Below are positions 31,430 to 45,299 of a stretch of DNA of 57,521 nucleotides, piece by piece. The notes below the pieces were generated by a model, which ran no database searches, was not told the DNA's origin, and was given only the letters and a program-made list of their open reading frames with translations. The position numbers and the translations under genes were made by a program. The DNA comes from Prorocentrum cordatum (taxonomy: Eukaryota): contig CAUYUJ010000019.1 in assembly GCA_963575745.1 (NCBI GenBank), positions 62,001 through 119,521 of the forward strand. Direction: 5' to 3'. The stretch's first letter is position 1. Each line of letters starts with the position of its first letter.

Positions 31430-32222
31430 CCACCTCTTTCCCCTTCCTCTTTCCTCCTCCCTTCTGCCTCCTTCCTCGTCCTCCTCCTCCTCCTCCTCCT
31501 ATTCCTCCTCGTCCTTCCCCTCCTCCTCCTTCCACTCCTCCTCCCTCTCCTCCTCCTCCTCCTCCTCCTCCTCCTCCTCCTCCTCCTCGCCTCCTCTCCT
31601 CCTCCTCCTCCTCCTCCCTCCTCGTCTTCTTCCTTCTCCTCCTCCTCCTCCCCTCCTCCTCCTCCTCCCTCCTCTTCTCCTTCCTCCTCCTCTTCCTCCT
31701 TCTCCTCCTCTCCTCCTCCTCCTCCTCCTCATCTCCTCCTCCTCCTCTTCCTCCTCCTCCTCCTCCGCCTCCTCCCCTTTCCTCCTCCCTCCAGCATCCT
31801 TCCTCCCCCCTCTCCAACCCCCGGGACCTTCGGCCTCCGTAGGCCCCTGCAGCTCTCGGTCCACCTCCTCCCAAGGGCCGGTTTCTCATCCCGGGCCGTC
31901 TGCGGAGGGCCCCCAGGGCTCGAGGCGTGCCGCTGCAGGCCCCACGCAGAGACTGGCGGCCATGTCGTGCTCGAGCCGCAGGAGGTCTGGGGCTTCCCTC
32001 CTCCTCCTTCTACCCCCTCCTTTTTCCTCCTTCTCCTCCTCCTCTTTCTCCTCCTCCTTCTTCTTCTCCCCTCCCCCTCCCCCTCCCCCTCCCCCTCCTC
32101 CTCCTTCTCCTCCTCCTCCTCTTCCTCCTCCTCCTCCTCCTCAACTTCCTCCTCCTCCTCCTCCTCCTCCTCCTCCCCCTCCTCCCTCCTCCTCTTCCTC
32201 CTCCTCCTCCTCATCCTCCTCA
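31430..32222. repeat. (CCT)n polypyrimidine tracts
   Basis: Direct reading; two tracts, about 31430-31820 and 31995-32222. Confidence 0.95.
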
Positions 32223-33469
32223 CGGGAAGGGCAATCCTAGTAGATCCACCGCGTCAGTAGTGTCCTTCATTGAGAAAGTGTTTGAGCTCGTCGTCGTCAT
32301 CGTCGTCATAATGAATGAGTTACTCACATTCAGCAACTAGCCTGGCGAGGGACCCAACCCATGTAACGTTGGCGATGAACCTCTCAATGCACGATAGATA
32401 CCACGGATGAGGGGGACGCATGCAAACTTTTCCGCTGGGGTCTTAGGTGGTTCTCCCTAGGAGGCACAAAGTGTGTGAGAGATGCGCCGACATGTCCGCT
32501 CGTACGCCGTCCAAACTTTCCCATTGTGGTTGCTACGTGGAGTTCCTAAAGAAAGAGAGACGCCGTGCGCGTCAGAAGTGCATTGGCAAGGTGATGAAAC
32601 AAACCGCTACAAGAAAGTTTTGGCGGCTCTGCTGCGGAACAGCAGCGAACTTATCGCATCGCGTATATAGTTTCATTCCAGGGTCCCTTCGGATCTCGAA
32701 CCAAACCTGAAAACACACGCAGATCCAAGGCAGAGACCAGAGGCGAAGGCATTGGGGTAAGGGAACGTGTCAATCAGCACTCATGCGTGAATAACCAACT
32801 ACAGCCAACAGCAAGAGACAGAAGAGTAGGAAGAGGAGGAGGAGGAGAAGGAGGAGGTGTCTTCCCAAGCTCGTTTGGCTCCCGTGTTGTGGTTCCCCTC
32901 CCCTCTTGTTCTCTCCATGTGTGCAGCGCTCTACATCAATGATGTCGCAGCCTTTGGCCTAGGTGTGTGCATGACCCAGATTGTCAACGTTGCCCCTCGC
33001 CCAGTCCCAAAACGTACCTTCGTACTTCCACCCCTAACTCTCTGAGAGTCCACTGCTGTCGTCACTTGGTAAACGACCACTTGGTGAGCGGGAGGAGGAC
33101 GCCCAGGGACCTGGTGCCGAGGCCCGCCACGACGTTCGACAAGGTGAAGGCGCAGCCAGAACTCGCTGGGGCTGAGCAGTCCGCACAGATGGGGAGGACC
33201 AGTGGGCGACGTCAGGCTGGTCGAGGGTCTGGCAATTGGATCGACGCTCGTGGACATCGGCCCGAGGTTATAGTTCTACTGGTTGGCGACATGATAGCAT
33301 GGGCGACAACAGCTTGCGGTATTACAGCATTGGCGACAGCGACTGCCGAGATTATGGCACAGGTGACGACGGCTGGCGAGAGAGACTACGGTGCAGACAC
33401 GCGCGACGGCAGCCACGGTGACGAATGGGATTGGATGTGATATGACGTGGTTACCGTGACAGGGGCTCC

Positions 33470-34930
33470 TGGTGAGATCGACGCAGCAAGGAGTTCGGAG
33501 CCCCCCCTTCTGGCTCGGCCTAGAGAACCTCGACATCTACCGGACGAGCCTCAAACCTTGGACGGAGAGAACGGGTCACCACCCAGTGCACCAAGCTGGC
33601 AAGGCGATTGAGGGACGTCCCGTCGAGCTTCAATGCAAGCTCAAGACCTTTCGGAACCCCTTTAATCAGGGGTGTGCCATCGACAAGCTCCTTGACCATC
33701 TAGCGTTTCTGAACGGTGAGCGCCCTGGAGACAAAGAGCGCGAAGCTCACAACGAAGCTTTTGTTCGACTACCACATCCGCCGGGGCGAGTCGCTGACCG
33801 ACCACTTGCTCTGGCGCGATTCCCAGATCACCGAGGCCGAGAAATTCTGTGCCCAGCTGTTTGACGATGAGGCAGTGTGATGGCCTAGAAGAAGCTGCGA
33901 ATTTTACGCCGCAAAACAATTTCAACGTGCGCAATCTTGCGCAGGGTATGACGGACGCCGCTAGTGTGAGACATGCCATCCGGATGCTTGACGCGGCCGG
34001 GAAAAAGATTTTGCCCAGCGCCCCTCCTCTGCCCGTCAAGCAGCTACAGGTGGACCTCCTCTCCTCCGAGACTCGCGAGCACGAGGGCCGCGACGATTTA
34101 TGACGACGTGATGGAGCTGTCCTTAGAAGACGCCAGCATCTTTCAGGCCGCATTCGAGGAGCAGAACCTAGACGAAGATGACGCGGAACTCGTGCTTGCT
34201 GCGGTCATCGAGCGTATGCTCGGCAGGGGGAAGCTGAGGACATGGCAGGAATCGAGGCGGGTCAGGGCGAAGAAGGCGGATCGTGAATTCTTTGACCGCG
34301 AGAGTTCCAGGCCCGGGTTCAAGAAATCACTGGTGGGGACCTTCGCAAGTCTTCCAAATGCGCGAACTGCGGAGATCGATGATGACAATGTGCTGACGAG
34401 TTCAGGTAACCGGATTGTTCGAAGCTGGACAGGTTCTCGGGCAAGAAACAGACAGGCTTGCTTTCTCAGCAGCACTCAGGTGGCAAACAGTTCAGTGGTC
34501 TTCTATTTCCCGAGAACGCCGACGGCGATCAGCGCAGTCGCGTCAACGGCGTGAGCATCGGCGAGTGGGGCAAGATGAGCACGGCCCAGCTGGCCAGAAT
34601 TCAGGACGCGATCGCGTTCTTGACGCTGCGCGACCCAGGCGCCGGCGCGCTGCTCGCCGCCGCCAGCGGCCAGGCGCTTGTCGGCAAAGACAACCTGGCG
34701 ACCCGCGAACAGGCGTTTTCGGCAAGAGGCTTCAAGGTGAAGATCGACTGGGCTCCGGTTCTAGGCGCGGCGGCCTCGGGAATCCTAAGCAAGGCCGCCC
34801 CCGTCGGCAATTTTCTCATCCCCGTGAACGTGAGCGCGCAAGCCGAGGTTGTGTGTTGCGATCCTTTCGAACCCCTGTACGCCGCCTTGGTTGCTGGCGC
34901 GTTCTCTGGAGATGTTGACGGCCATTATTA
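33470..34930 (+). pseudogene. Heavily decayed Gag-protease region of a second LTR retrotransposon
   Basis: Across frames: PPFWLG..YRTSLKPW, FDYHIRRGESLTD, VRHAIRMLD, RTWQESRR..DREFF, a broken knuckle SKCANCGDR (~34353), and protease-like LLAAASGQALVG (catalytic D lost). Confidence 0.55.
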
Positions 34931-36589
34931 ACGTCGCCGACAGCCAGATGGCGATGAGCACTCCGAGGGGCGACGTGGCCCACGAGCCTCCGCGGCATGA
35001 CTACCAGCGTGGCTACGGGCGCCGTTCTGTGGACCTGATCACCGGGCCCACCGACGGGCGCGACCTCCACCCCGACCTGATGGCGAAGTGTCCGTTTGAG
35101 CGGTTCAAGGTCTGCCAGTTGCCCGCGGTCTGCTTCTCTGCCGCCCTCGAGGGATCGATTTCAGTCTCTCTTCCCCACTCTTCCCCTGTGCACCTACCTC
35201 GGGGGGGTCAGGGCAGTGGGGGTTCCGACGGCGGTCCAGGGTCAGCCCGTCGGATTTCGGCTGAGCCTCCAGTCGGAATGGCGAGGCAGCCCAGCTCGAG
35301 GATGCCAGGGGCTTGGTGAGCGCGAGCAAGATGAGCTCCACGGGGCTGCCGAGGACCGAGGAGGAGGCCGAGAGGGCGATCCAGGAGAAGGGCGCCTCCT
35401 TAGCTGCGATTCTGGAGAACGCCCAGACGGCGATCGCGTCCGGCATGGGCCCTGCGACCAAGACGCAGCGGGAGTGCGTTGGCCCCCCCAGTGCTGGGAT
35501 CTTCCTCGATCGACCCGGAGAGCATCCGCGAGATCGTCGAGCTGGAGGCGCTCTCGCCCCGGGAGATCCTCTGGATGAGTAACGGCCCGGCCGGAACGGA
35601 GGTCGCATTGCTGGCCTGGCGCCGCGTGGCCTTGTGCTGTCTTCGGTGGGGGCAGGTGCGCGCGCAGATGATGGCCCCTGCCGCCGCCGCGCCGAACGTG
35701 AGCGCCGAGTCGCCCGGGGCGAAGGAGAGCTGCCCCCGCCCGCCGTGCGCTGGGATGAGGCGCCAGAGCGGCGCCTTGCTCTACGCGCGCCGCATGCAGT
35801 TATCCGCGACTACCCCCCGCAGCCCCCCGCGTGGACCTCCCCCCCGGCGGGGGCGGGACCATGGGGAGATGCTTCCTTTCGTTGCGCTATTTTTCGAACT
35901 CCGTTCTTTGTTCGACTTCCGCTGAGACGACGACGATTCAAACGAGGCTGGCGTGCTTCAGTTTGGGTTGGGCTGGCCTCGCGTCGGAGGGCCTTTCACG
36001 CGCGCCGAGTTGGTCGGCGGATCCATTTGAAAAACGAGCGCCCGGTAGGCCTGCCACTCCCGCGAGACCCCGCCATGTAAGAATTCACCCTCCGTCCCTC
36101 CTAGCCAAAGGAGCGCAAGGAGGCAGGATGATCAATTTGAAGGACGTATCCAGCGGTTGCCCTGTCTTGAGCAAAATCTGCCCTCCATCCGGGTACGTAG
36201 TGACAGCGCATGTCGTACGTTCTGATTCTAGCTTGCCGATGTTTTCGAACGAGTGCTTAGTTTTTGAAATGGAGCCTCCGTCCACTCGTGCAGCTGTTGC
36301 ACAACTTGGGAGTTCGGGTCGTAGAGTGTGCGGACGGGTCAATCGAGAGTGCGTTTACAAAACAACGAACCAGCCTCCATCCTTGACCGGCTCTTCATCC
36401 TTGTAGCTGTTTGAAGTTTTTGAAAGACATGGAATCATCGCTGAGGCGGTTGCCGCGCTTCGAGCATGCCAACCATCCGTCGGCTCAATCGAATCGCTTG
36501 GCCAGTCTTACGCTTGCACGGAAGAGGGGGAGGAGTAGGAGAGGGAGGGAGGGAAGGAGGGAGGGAGGGAAACGGACACGCACACGAGC

Positions 36590-37870
36590 ATGGAACACCG
36601 CTTGGCGAAGGCCGAGGGCGCCTACTGGAGCGACGCTCGCATTCTCCGAAGCCTGGGATTCATTCCAGCGACGTCCTGAGCGTGGGCCAGCGGGCCTGCA
36701 GCGAGCGCTGCGCACGGAGCAGGCACGTGGCAGCTGTCTCAACACGTGTTGGTGCGTCTGAAGCGTTGGGATTTCTCGTTCCTTCGCAAGGTGCTGGCGT
36801 TTAAGAGGTGCCCTTCTGAAGGACCAGCGCTGTTCATGGAGCGGACGGGCCGCCGCATCGATCTGCATCTTCGAGTTCTATGGGAGTTTTTTGAAGGTGC
36901 CTGGAAAGAGAAGTCCCTGCAAGGGCCAAGAAGGATCAATTCCTTACGGTTCGCGCGGTAATAACATAGCCGCGAATTGTGGGAATTGGGCATATGTCTC
37001 TACTCAGAGAAACGACGACGCAAGGAGGGTATCATTCATCAGGCTTCGGCGACTGGGTGAAGTTTGAGGATGTTTTCGTCACGTATTTTTGCTCTGGCTG
37101 GCAAGATGTCCAGGATAAATATACTTCACGGACTGAACGGATGGGGCTGTAACCAACTTTCGAAGAACACGTTTGCTCAACATGGGGTTTCGTCACGTTT
37201 CAATATGTCTCTGATTATGGCCCGGGGCCAGCGCTCTTCGAACCAAAACGCCGCAGATTGGATTAACACTCGTTGGAGGCCCTTCCGTTCAGCCACGGTG
37301 CTTGTGCTTATGCGGTGATTTTCCAAGCACGTCGACGAGATTTAATCGCTACATGATGTAAGCCCTGGGCTCGTGTTGTCCATGGCGAGAGCGCCCTGAT
37401 TAATTAAAGCCTTGAGCCGATTTTCAATCGCGCGTCGCGTAGGATCTTTGACATGTTGGCGAGAAGGTGGAAGCCCTTTCGTGATATCGATGATGCGGTG
37501 CAGTGGTAACCGCGCGAGTTTCATCACGTTGCTGACCATCCCATTAACCACACCATGGACGCAAATATGTCATGGTCACATGCTTTTCCGTTGCCGGAGA
37601 ACAGTCGCAGCTTCAAGTCTATGAATTAGTTCCTGCACTTTGATGGTGGCTCCCGGGCTTTCTCTTGCTCGGCAGCAGGCTGGTATATTGAATCCGTCGC
37701 GGGCCAGGGGCGTCTTCCAATCGCCATGGTTGGCATGTTCATGCAATGCCCGATTTCATCATGTGAAGCCGAAGCCATAGCTGTCGACGAGGCTGTCGAA
37801 GCTTTGGCACATTGTCTGTCATCGGGCATTTGGCTGTCATCGTGCTGACTTGAGCTCCGGCGAATGAAAG
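36590..37870 (+). mobile_element. Decayed 3' portion of a non-LTR retrotransposon (post-RT region + permuted RNase H), between (GGAG)n tracts
   Basis: MEHRLAKAEGAYW..GAGTWQL..LKRWDFSFLRKVL..E parallels the post-RT region of the 9174 element. One frame over 37321-37848 reads ..VQW*PREFHHVADH..FLHFDGGSR..AAGW..ISSCEAEAIA. Confidence 0.7.
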
Positions 37871-37871
37871 C

Positions 37872-38157
37872 AAGAGGGAGGGAGGGAGGTTGGGAGGGAG
37901 GGAGGGAGGAAAGAAGGAGGAGGAGAAGGAAAAGGAGGACGAGGAACAGGAGGAGGAGGAGGAGGAGGAGGAGGAGGAGAGGAGGAGGGGGGAAACGGCG
38001 GAGAAGGAGGCGGATCGGAAACGAGGGGGAATGGCGGACGAGGGCACGCGTCGGGGTCGGTGCGGACAGGAAGAGAACTCCCAGAGGGAGGGACGGCATG
38101 CGCCGAACGCGTGAATGGGGTGGCTGGAGGGAGCGAGAGAGAGAGAGAGAGAGAAAT

Positions 38158-38210
<53 letters not shown>

Positions 38211-38231
38211 TAGGGAGAAGCAAAGAGGGAA

Positions 38232-38271
<40 letters not shown>

Positions 38272-38678
38272 GTATGTATATGTATATGTATATGTGTACA
38301 TGTACATACACATATACACATACACACATATACATATATACATATATATATGTGTATATAAATATGTGTATATATATTCAGATATCGTCATAAGTATATC
38401 ATACAGTGTTTCTGAGGGACAGAGAGAGGGACAGAGAGAACACGAGAGAGAGATATAGAGAAAGAGAGAGAGAGAGAGAGACAGAGAGAGAGAGGGAGAA
38501 ACAAAGAGGGATAGATAGAGAGAGATAGAGAATGAAAGAGAGAGAGAGAGAGAGAGACACACATAACTGTATAATCCAGTGCGTTTACATTTACGTACAC
38601 ACATACATGTATACACCGAAATGGAGAAATATATAGAGAGGGATAGAGAGAGAAAGGGATAGAGAGATGTGTGTGTGT

Positions 38679-38713
<35 letters not shown>

Positions 38714-39052
38714 TATAGAGGGAGAGAGAGAGAGCGAGTGAGAGAGCGAGAGGGAAAGAGAGAAAGAGAGAGAGAGAGAGAACGAGACTGAGAGAGAGAG
38801 AGAGAGAGAGACAGCGATATAGAGAGAGAGAGAGAGAGAGAGCGATAGAGAAAGAGAGAGAGAGAGAGAGCGAAAGAGCGAGAGAGAGAGAGCGAGAGAT
38901 AGAGAGAGAGAGAGAGAAACACATATATAGATATAAACATATTTGTATGTATATATATATATATAGATAATGATACACATAATGGTTTCAATCATATACA
39001 AATATAGTCAAATACGTGTATATATATATATATATATAACTGAAAACGGGAT

Positions 39053-39086
<34 letters not shown>

Positions 39087-39250
39087 AGAGAAAGAGAGAG
39101 AGAGCGAACGAGAGAGAGGGAGAGAGAGGGGGAGAGGGGCGTGGCTGGGCAGGCGCTGCTAACGCCAATGATCGTGTCGCTTATGGACTTGCATTGCGCG
39201 CGATCTCTCTCTCTCTCTCTGTCGCCCCCCTCTCTCTCTCTCTTCCCTGT
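37872..39250. repeat. Compound (GGAG)/(GGA)/(GA)n/(TA)n microsatellite
   Basis: Direct reading. Confidence 0.95.
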
Positions 39251-40119
39251 CTTTTCAGTCTCAGAATTCGTCTCAGTTCTTATTTCCCATATCCTGAGAT
39301 GGGTTTCTTGTCAGTACTGTGAGTTCTCCTACTCCCTCTTTGCTCCTCGTTCCTTTCCGTTCCATCCCTCTTTTTTCTCTATTTTCCCTTCCGCTTAGTC
39401 TCTCTGCTACTCAGACTCTTCTCTTACACCCATACTCTCTCACGCTCAGACCCGCTGGCATATTCACCCATACTCAGACTCATTCGCACTCAGATTCCGA
39501 CTCGCTCACACCCATGCGCATTCGTAGTCAGATAACGCATACCCAGATCACACCCATACGCAGAGTGGCCATACCTAGGCCGCACACTCATGCCCAAGGG
39601 TACCCAGACGCACTCATACTAAGACCAACTCAGATTCATACCCCCCGCACTCAGCTCCACCCGTACTCATTTTAGTCATGTTCAGATACACGCACTGATC
39701 GGCCACATTCTGACCAGTCACACTCAGACTTACTCATCTCCAGACCCACACGCAGGCTTACCCACACTTGGCCACTCATCCTCATACCCACCCGTGCTCG
39801 CTCCTCACACTTAGACTCGACCATGCCCGCCGTGAAGTAGCAGGCGCAGCACCTGAGCACCCCAAGGGGCAGCCGCCAGGTGGGCGTCACGCTGGCCCGT
39901 TCGCGCCCACGCTGCGGGCACGCGCAGCGAGGCGCCCGTCTTGCACCTTCGACCACGCCCCTTGCAGTTCCCCGCGACCGCCGCGACGCGGCAGGCACAA
40001 CGCCGTGGCACCTCCAGGGGGAGCCGCCGTGGGGTGCTGCAGGTGCCCGCTCGCTGCCGCATCGCGGCGATGCCTGGGGCGCGGCGCTCGCTCTGCGCCC
40101 GTCGCTTCCTCTCCGTTCC

Positions 40120-40355
40120 CCCTCCCCCTCCCCCTCCTCCCCCCCTACTGCCCCTCCTCCTCCTCCTCCTCTTCTTCCTCCCCCTCCTCCTCCTCCTCCT
40201 CCTCCTCCTTCTCTCCCTCCTCCTCCTCCTCCTCCTCCTCCTCCTCCTCCTCCTCCTTCCTCCTCCTCCTCCTCCTCCTCCTCCCTCCTTCTCCTCCCCC
40301 TCCTCCTCCTCCTCCTCCTCCCCCTCCTCCTCCTCCTCCTCCTCCTCCTCCTCCT
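40120..40355. repeat. (CCT)n tract
   Basis: Direct reading. Confidence 0.95.
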
Positions 40356-40374
40356 TCGATTCCTTTCCGTTGCG

Positions 40375-40970
40375 ACCTCATGGTCGCCGCGACGTGGCTG
40401 GTATAGCACCTGGGCGCCCCAAATGGGGGAGCCGCCAGGGGGTATGTCACAGGCCCGTTGGCGCCCAGATCGTGGGAACGTCTCGAGCGAGGCGCTCGTT
40501 TTACACCTGCGACTCCCATCCCTTCACAGCCTCATGTTCACTGCGATGTAGCGAGCACAATACCTGGGCACCCCAACGGGGGAGCCGCCAGTGTGTCACA
40601 GGCCCGTTGGCTCCTGGATCGTGGGAACGTCTCGAGCGAAACGCTCGTTTTGCACTTCCGACTCCCATCCCCTCACAGCCTCATGTTCACCGCGATGTAG
40701 CGAACTCAGTACCTGGGCACCCCAACGGGGAAGCCGCCAGTGGTTATCTCACGGGCCCGTTGGCGCCCAGATCGTGGGAACGTCTCGAGCGAAGCGCTCT
40801 TTTTGCACCTTTGACTCCTATTCCTTCACAGCCTCGTGTTCGCCGCGATATAGAGAGCATGATATCTGGGCACCCCCATGAGGAGCAGCCAAAGGTATCT
40901 CACAGGCCCGTTGGCGCCCAGATCGTGGGAATGTCTCGAGCGAAGCGCTCCTGTTGCACCTCTGACTCCT
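40375..40970. repeat. ~152-bp tandem repeat, about 4 copies
   Basis: CTGGGC(A/G)CCCC..GGCCCGTTGGC..GATCGTGGGAA(C/T)GTCTCGAGCGA units near 40409, 40563, 40712 and 40865. Confidence 0.92.
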
Positions 40971-41899
40971 AGTCCTCAGTTCTGGAGTTTTTCCTTTCAG
41001 GTGTGGCGACGCATAGGGCTTGTAAGCGGGCTGTATGTACTCCGATGGTTGGTCGTGTCGAGTCGTAAGTCTGATGAGTGTGTGTCAAGGGCTGTGGGTG
41101 CCTCTGAGCTCTGGGCTGTAATGCAGAAGTGTGATGCTCCCTGCTAGTTCCCAGCCCTCGACTTGGCCCTTGAATGATGCTCTTGGCCGTTCTGCAAGCA
41201 ACTTCCCGACGCTACTCCCAACCAGCTTGTCACTTTGCCAGCGAGTTCTAGGGTATGCCAGCCATCAGGGGCGTAGACGCTGCAGAGTTCTTGCGGATCT
41301 GATGAGACTAGCGACATTACGACGGCATCGACCCTGGCATCTACGAGAGTGCAAGCGGTGCCAAGGAATGCATAAGCGTGTGGCGGAGTGAGGCGTTCAT
41401 CATTCCACACTTTCCCCAGGAGGCGGATATGCCCAGACAGGGACAGCCCCGAACGCGAGGCCGATGTGATCGGCAACGGGCACGGCCTGCTTCCTTTCTT
41501 TCTTCTCCTCCCCCTCCTCTCCCCGAGGAGGACAAGGAGGAATACAGCGAGGAGGACGAGGAGGGCTCTTCTGATATTCGGTTTTTTTCGCGCAACAGCT
41601 CACGCACGTGAAGACGAATTCATGTCCTGTATTGCGACGAGAGGCGAGGGTTCCCAGTTTCGCCGCGCCCTGGACAAGCTCCGACAGCCCAGAAGCGGTG
41701 GCGGCAAATCCTCATCTCCTGCTCTTCGTCCCCCTCCTCGTGCTCTTGAGCCATCCTCTTCCCTTTCCTCGTCCTATCCTCGTCCCCTTGCGCATGGCTT
41801 GTACCAAGATTCCTCTGGCAATTCCGCCTCCGTGACAGCACAGCATTTTGGGTGGCAACTTCTCAAAACGGGAAGGGGGGATTCTTGGTTCGTGGTTCC

Positions 41900-43160
41900 A
41901 CTTTTGGGTCCTTCTTGGGGCCGTCTTGGGGCCCTGTGGGCAGTCTTGGGTACCTCTTGGGCCGTCTTGGAGCCCTCTTGGGCCGTCATGGAGATTCCTT
42001 GGGGGCCTCTTGAACTTTCTTGGGGGAGTCTTGGGGGCCTCTCGGGCCGCCTTGGAGCGTCGGAAGCTCGAAAAGGCGAGAACGCAGCCAACAGTGAAGA
42101 CGCTAGGGTAAATACATGGTTTTCTCTTCTCGGGGCCCTCTTGTACTCCTCTTGGGGGCCTCTTTTGGCCCTATTGGGGCCTCCTCAGCCTGCTTGGGAC
42201 GGAAGGCTCGAATTGTCGGTTCGTGTTCACTCTCTTGGGCCCTTCTTGGAGCCGTCTTGTGGCCCTCTGGGGCATTCTTGGGCGCCTCTTGGGGCGTCTT
42301 GGGCGTCTTGGAGCCCTGTTGGGCCGTCTTGGGATCCTCTTGGGGTCTCTTGGGCCGTCTTGGGGCCGTCCTGGTGGCCTCGTGGGTCGTCTTGGGACGT
42401 CGGAAGCTCGAAACGGTGAGAACCCGAAACACATTGAAACACCTGAGGAACATCATTGATTTTTGCCTCGAGGCCCTGTTGGGAAGGCTCCTGGGGCTTT
42501 CTTGGGACGCCTCGAAGGCCTCGTTTGCGGTCTTGAAGGCATCTTGGGCCGTCTTAAGGCCAAATTTGCCCAGTCAAGGGGCCTCTTGGCAGCCTCTTAG
42601 GGGCCTCTTGGGAGTCTCTTGAGGGCCTCTCGGGGCTTCCTAGTTCCTGGGGGCTTCTTGGTGGCCTCTTGGGGCCTCTTGGGGGCCTCTTGGGGGCCTC
42701 TTGGTTCCTTCTGGGAGCCTCTCGGGGCCGAGGGCTCGAAATGTCCGTTCTGGTCCCTCGTCTGGGCACCTTCTTGGAGCCGTCTTGGACCGTCTTAGAG
42801 GCGTCTTGGGCCGTCTTGGGGCCCTCTTGGGCCGTTTTGGGTCCCTCCTGGAGCCCTTTTGGGCCGTCGTGTGGCGATCCGGGGGGCCTCTTGGGCCGTC
42901 TTGGAGCGTCGGGAAGCGGAAGAGGCGAGAACGCCGAAATGCTTCAAAAACAAATCGGAAATTACTACATTTTTCTTTTGGGGTCCTCTTCGGAGTGCTG
43001 CTGGAGGCCTCTTGGGGCGTCTTGCAGGTCTCTTGGGCGTCTGGAGGCCATCAAGGCGTCTTGGACAGATCGTTTGGTGATTCGGTGCCCTCTTGGATCA
43101 TCTTGGGGGCCCCTTGTGGCACTGGGCCCGTCTTGGAGCTTTCTTGGGCCCCGGGACCCC
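41900..43160. repeat. GGGCC(G)TCTT(G)-rich minisatellite family with higher-order units; also at ~28625-28750 and ~47680-47965
   Basis: Dense GGGCCGTCTTGG/GGGCCTCTTGG repeats; CGTCGG(G)AAGC..GAGAAC landmarks at about 42058, 42398 and 42907. Confidence 0.85.
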
Positions 43161-44521
43161 CCGAGGGGGTTGTCGTATCTGACCAGGGACCCCCCCGGGA
43201 CCGCCACCCCCGCCACCGCAACCACCATTCCACCAGGGATCCCCGCCTCCGCCGTCGTCACGATCGCCCCCACAGGTTCCCCAGCCTCCGCCGCCTACGC
43301 CAGGTCCAGGGCCCCCTCCATGCCATCAACTCCGCTGCGTCCAGGGCCGCCTCCAGGTCCTGCTCCTCCTCCCCCTCCTAGGCCTGGTGGTCGCTGAAGG
43401 AGTCGGCGGGCTCTGGCGTCGGCGGCCTGCTCGTCTGCGATGTCAAGGCGGCGGCGCACCGCAGCGGCGCGCGCGGCCTCTCCTCGGCGGTCCTTGTGGA
43501 GGGAGCCGGTGGTGGGATGGGCGACTCCCAGCGAAGTGTGGTGCTCGTGGTGCTCTTTCTGGTGGTGATGGTGGTGGTGGAGCTGCTGCTGCTGCTGCTG
43601 ATCGCGGTCGCGGTCGTGGTGCTGCTGGCCGCAGTCGTGGTGGTGTTGTGCTGCTCGTTGTCTTGCCGCTGCGTGGAGGGACTGGTGCAGGCACCGACCT
43701 CGACGACTCTATACTGGGTTTGGGTCTGGGTGCTCTGGTCTGTGCTGGTGCTGGCGTCGGTGTGGGACCAGGCGTTGGCATGTGTGCTGGCGTGGGCCCG
43801 CCCTCTGTGCGGTGTGGCGCCCATTCACGGTCAGGCCACTCACGATGCCGTTCACCATGGAGCCACTCACGACGGTCGTGGTCAAAGTGGGCCGCGGGGG
43901 CAGCGCCAGTGCCGCGCGGCCGCCGCCTCGGCAGCTGTCAGGGGTCGGCGCCGCGCGGGGCGGCGGGCCGCGGTGGCGCCGAGGGCGCTAGGGGGCCGCG
44001 GGCCGCGGGCGCCCCCACCGCTCCCGCCTGGGCCAGGCGGCCGCCGCGCGGCGTCGCGGCCGCCGCGGCGCCAGCCCATGGCGCGAGCGGCTGCCTCCTC
44101 CTCCTCCTCCTCCTCCTCCTCCTCCTGCTCCTCCTCCTCCTCCTCCTCCTCCTCCTCCGCGGGGCCCTAAGGTTTTCACCACCCTCCCTTATCCCCTCCC
44201 TCTCCCAGGAGGCAGAGGAGAGGAAGATGAGCGTGGAGGAGGGAGGGGGAGTGGAGGTGGTGGGTGGTGTCTATTATCTGGGCCCGCATCCTCGCCTTCC
44301 GCCTCTGCCTCCGCCCCCTGTTCCGCCTCCCCGTCCGTCCGCCGAAGCCCGTCACTGCTCCGCCCCGTCGCCCCCCGCGGCCTGCGCGGCCGGAGAGGAG
44401 ACGCTGCCCGCGGTTGCCGGCGCGCCCGCCATGGCCGGCGAGGCGCCTGCGCGGGAGGGACGCCGTGCCCGGCAGGGATGCCCAGCTCTTGTGCACGGAC
44501 CAGCATTTCGTCCCCAGCATC

Positions 44522-44727
44522 GCAGAAGAAACAGAACGCCACAGACATACTCTGTTTGCGATCCGCGCGGATTTCTTGGATCCGCGCCGGGCACGCCGGG
44601 GCGGCGCCTCCGGCGCCGCCCCTGGCGCGCTCCGCGCTCCAGGGAGGAGGGTCCAGCGCAGATCCAAGAGATCCGCGCGGAGCGCCAAAAGTTTACGTTT
44701 GTGTTTTTTTTTTTCTGTCTCTTCAGC
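44522..44727. mobile_element. MITE-like foldback with ~65-bp imperfect terminal inverted repeats
   Basis: GCAGAAGAAACAGAA..GCGATCCGCGCGGATTTCTTGGATCCGCGC versus GCGCAGATCCAAGAGATCCGCGCGGAGCGC..TTCTGTCTCTTCAGC. TSD not evident. Confidence 0.6.
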
Positions 44728-45001
44728 AGCGGTTCCGTCAGACCAATATGACCGCTTTACCTTGTGCCGATCGTCCCGATCGTCCCAAGGTCGTGCCCGT
44801 GTAGATGCCTGCGCATGGTCGCAGCAGAGCCGCGCAACGTCGGGCCACGCGGGATTTCCTCGCAAGGCTCATGCTTTTATCCAGCTGCCTGCGGCAACTC
44901 CGGCCACCGTGCCAGTCCAGCATTCTGGGTGGCGACTGTTCGAGGGGGCGCGGGAAGCCGTCACGTGTGACACCTCGTGTCCCCAGGCTTGAGGGACCCG
45001 C

Positions 45002-45026
45002 GATGATGATGATGATGATGATGATA

Positions 45027-45093
<67 letters not shown>

Positions 45094-45252
45094 GGATGAG
45101 GATGAGGATGAGGATGAGGATGAGGATGATGCTGATGCTGATGCTTATGCTGATGCCGCTGCTGCTGATGATGATGCTGACGATGATGATGGTGATGATG
45201 ATAATAATGATGCTGATGATGATGTTAACGACGATGATGATGCTGATGCTGT

Positions 45253-45299
<47 letters not shown>

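Noticed and set aside
23676..32885. Further SL relicts (CTTGAGCCCA at ~23676, TTTGGCTC at ~32874)
   Set aside because: Matches of 8-10 nt are expected by chance in 57 kb.
34930..36120. Possible DIRS or other retroelement fragments in GC-rich coding-like sequence
   Set aside because: No RT, RNase H or tyrosine recombinase motif could be identified by eye.
40990..41470. Possible LINE 3' fragment (ASH..R, RQGQPRTR)
   Set aside because: Only weak short resemblances across different frames.
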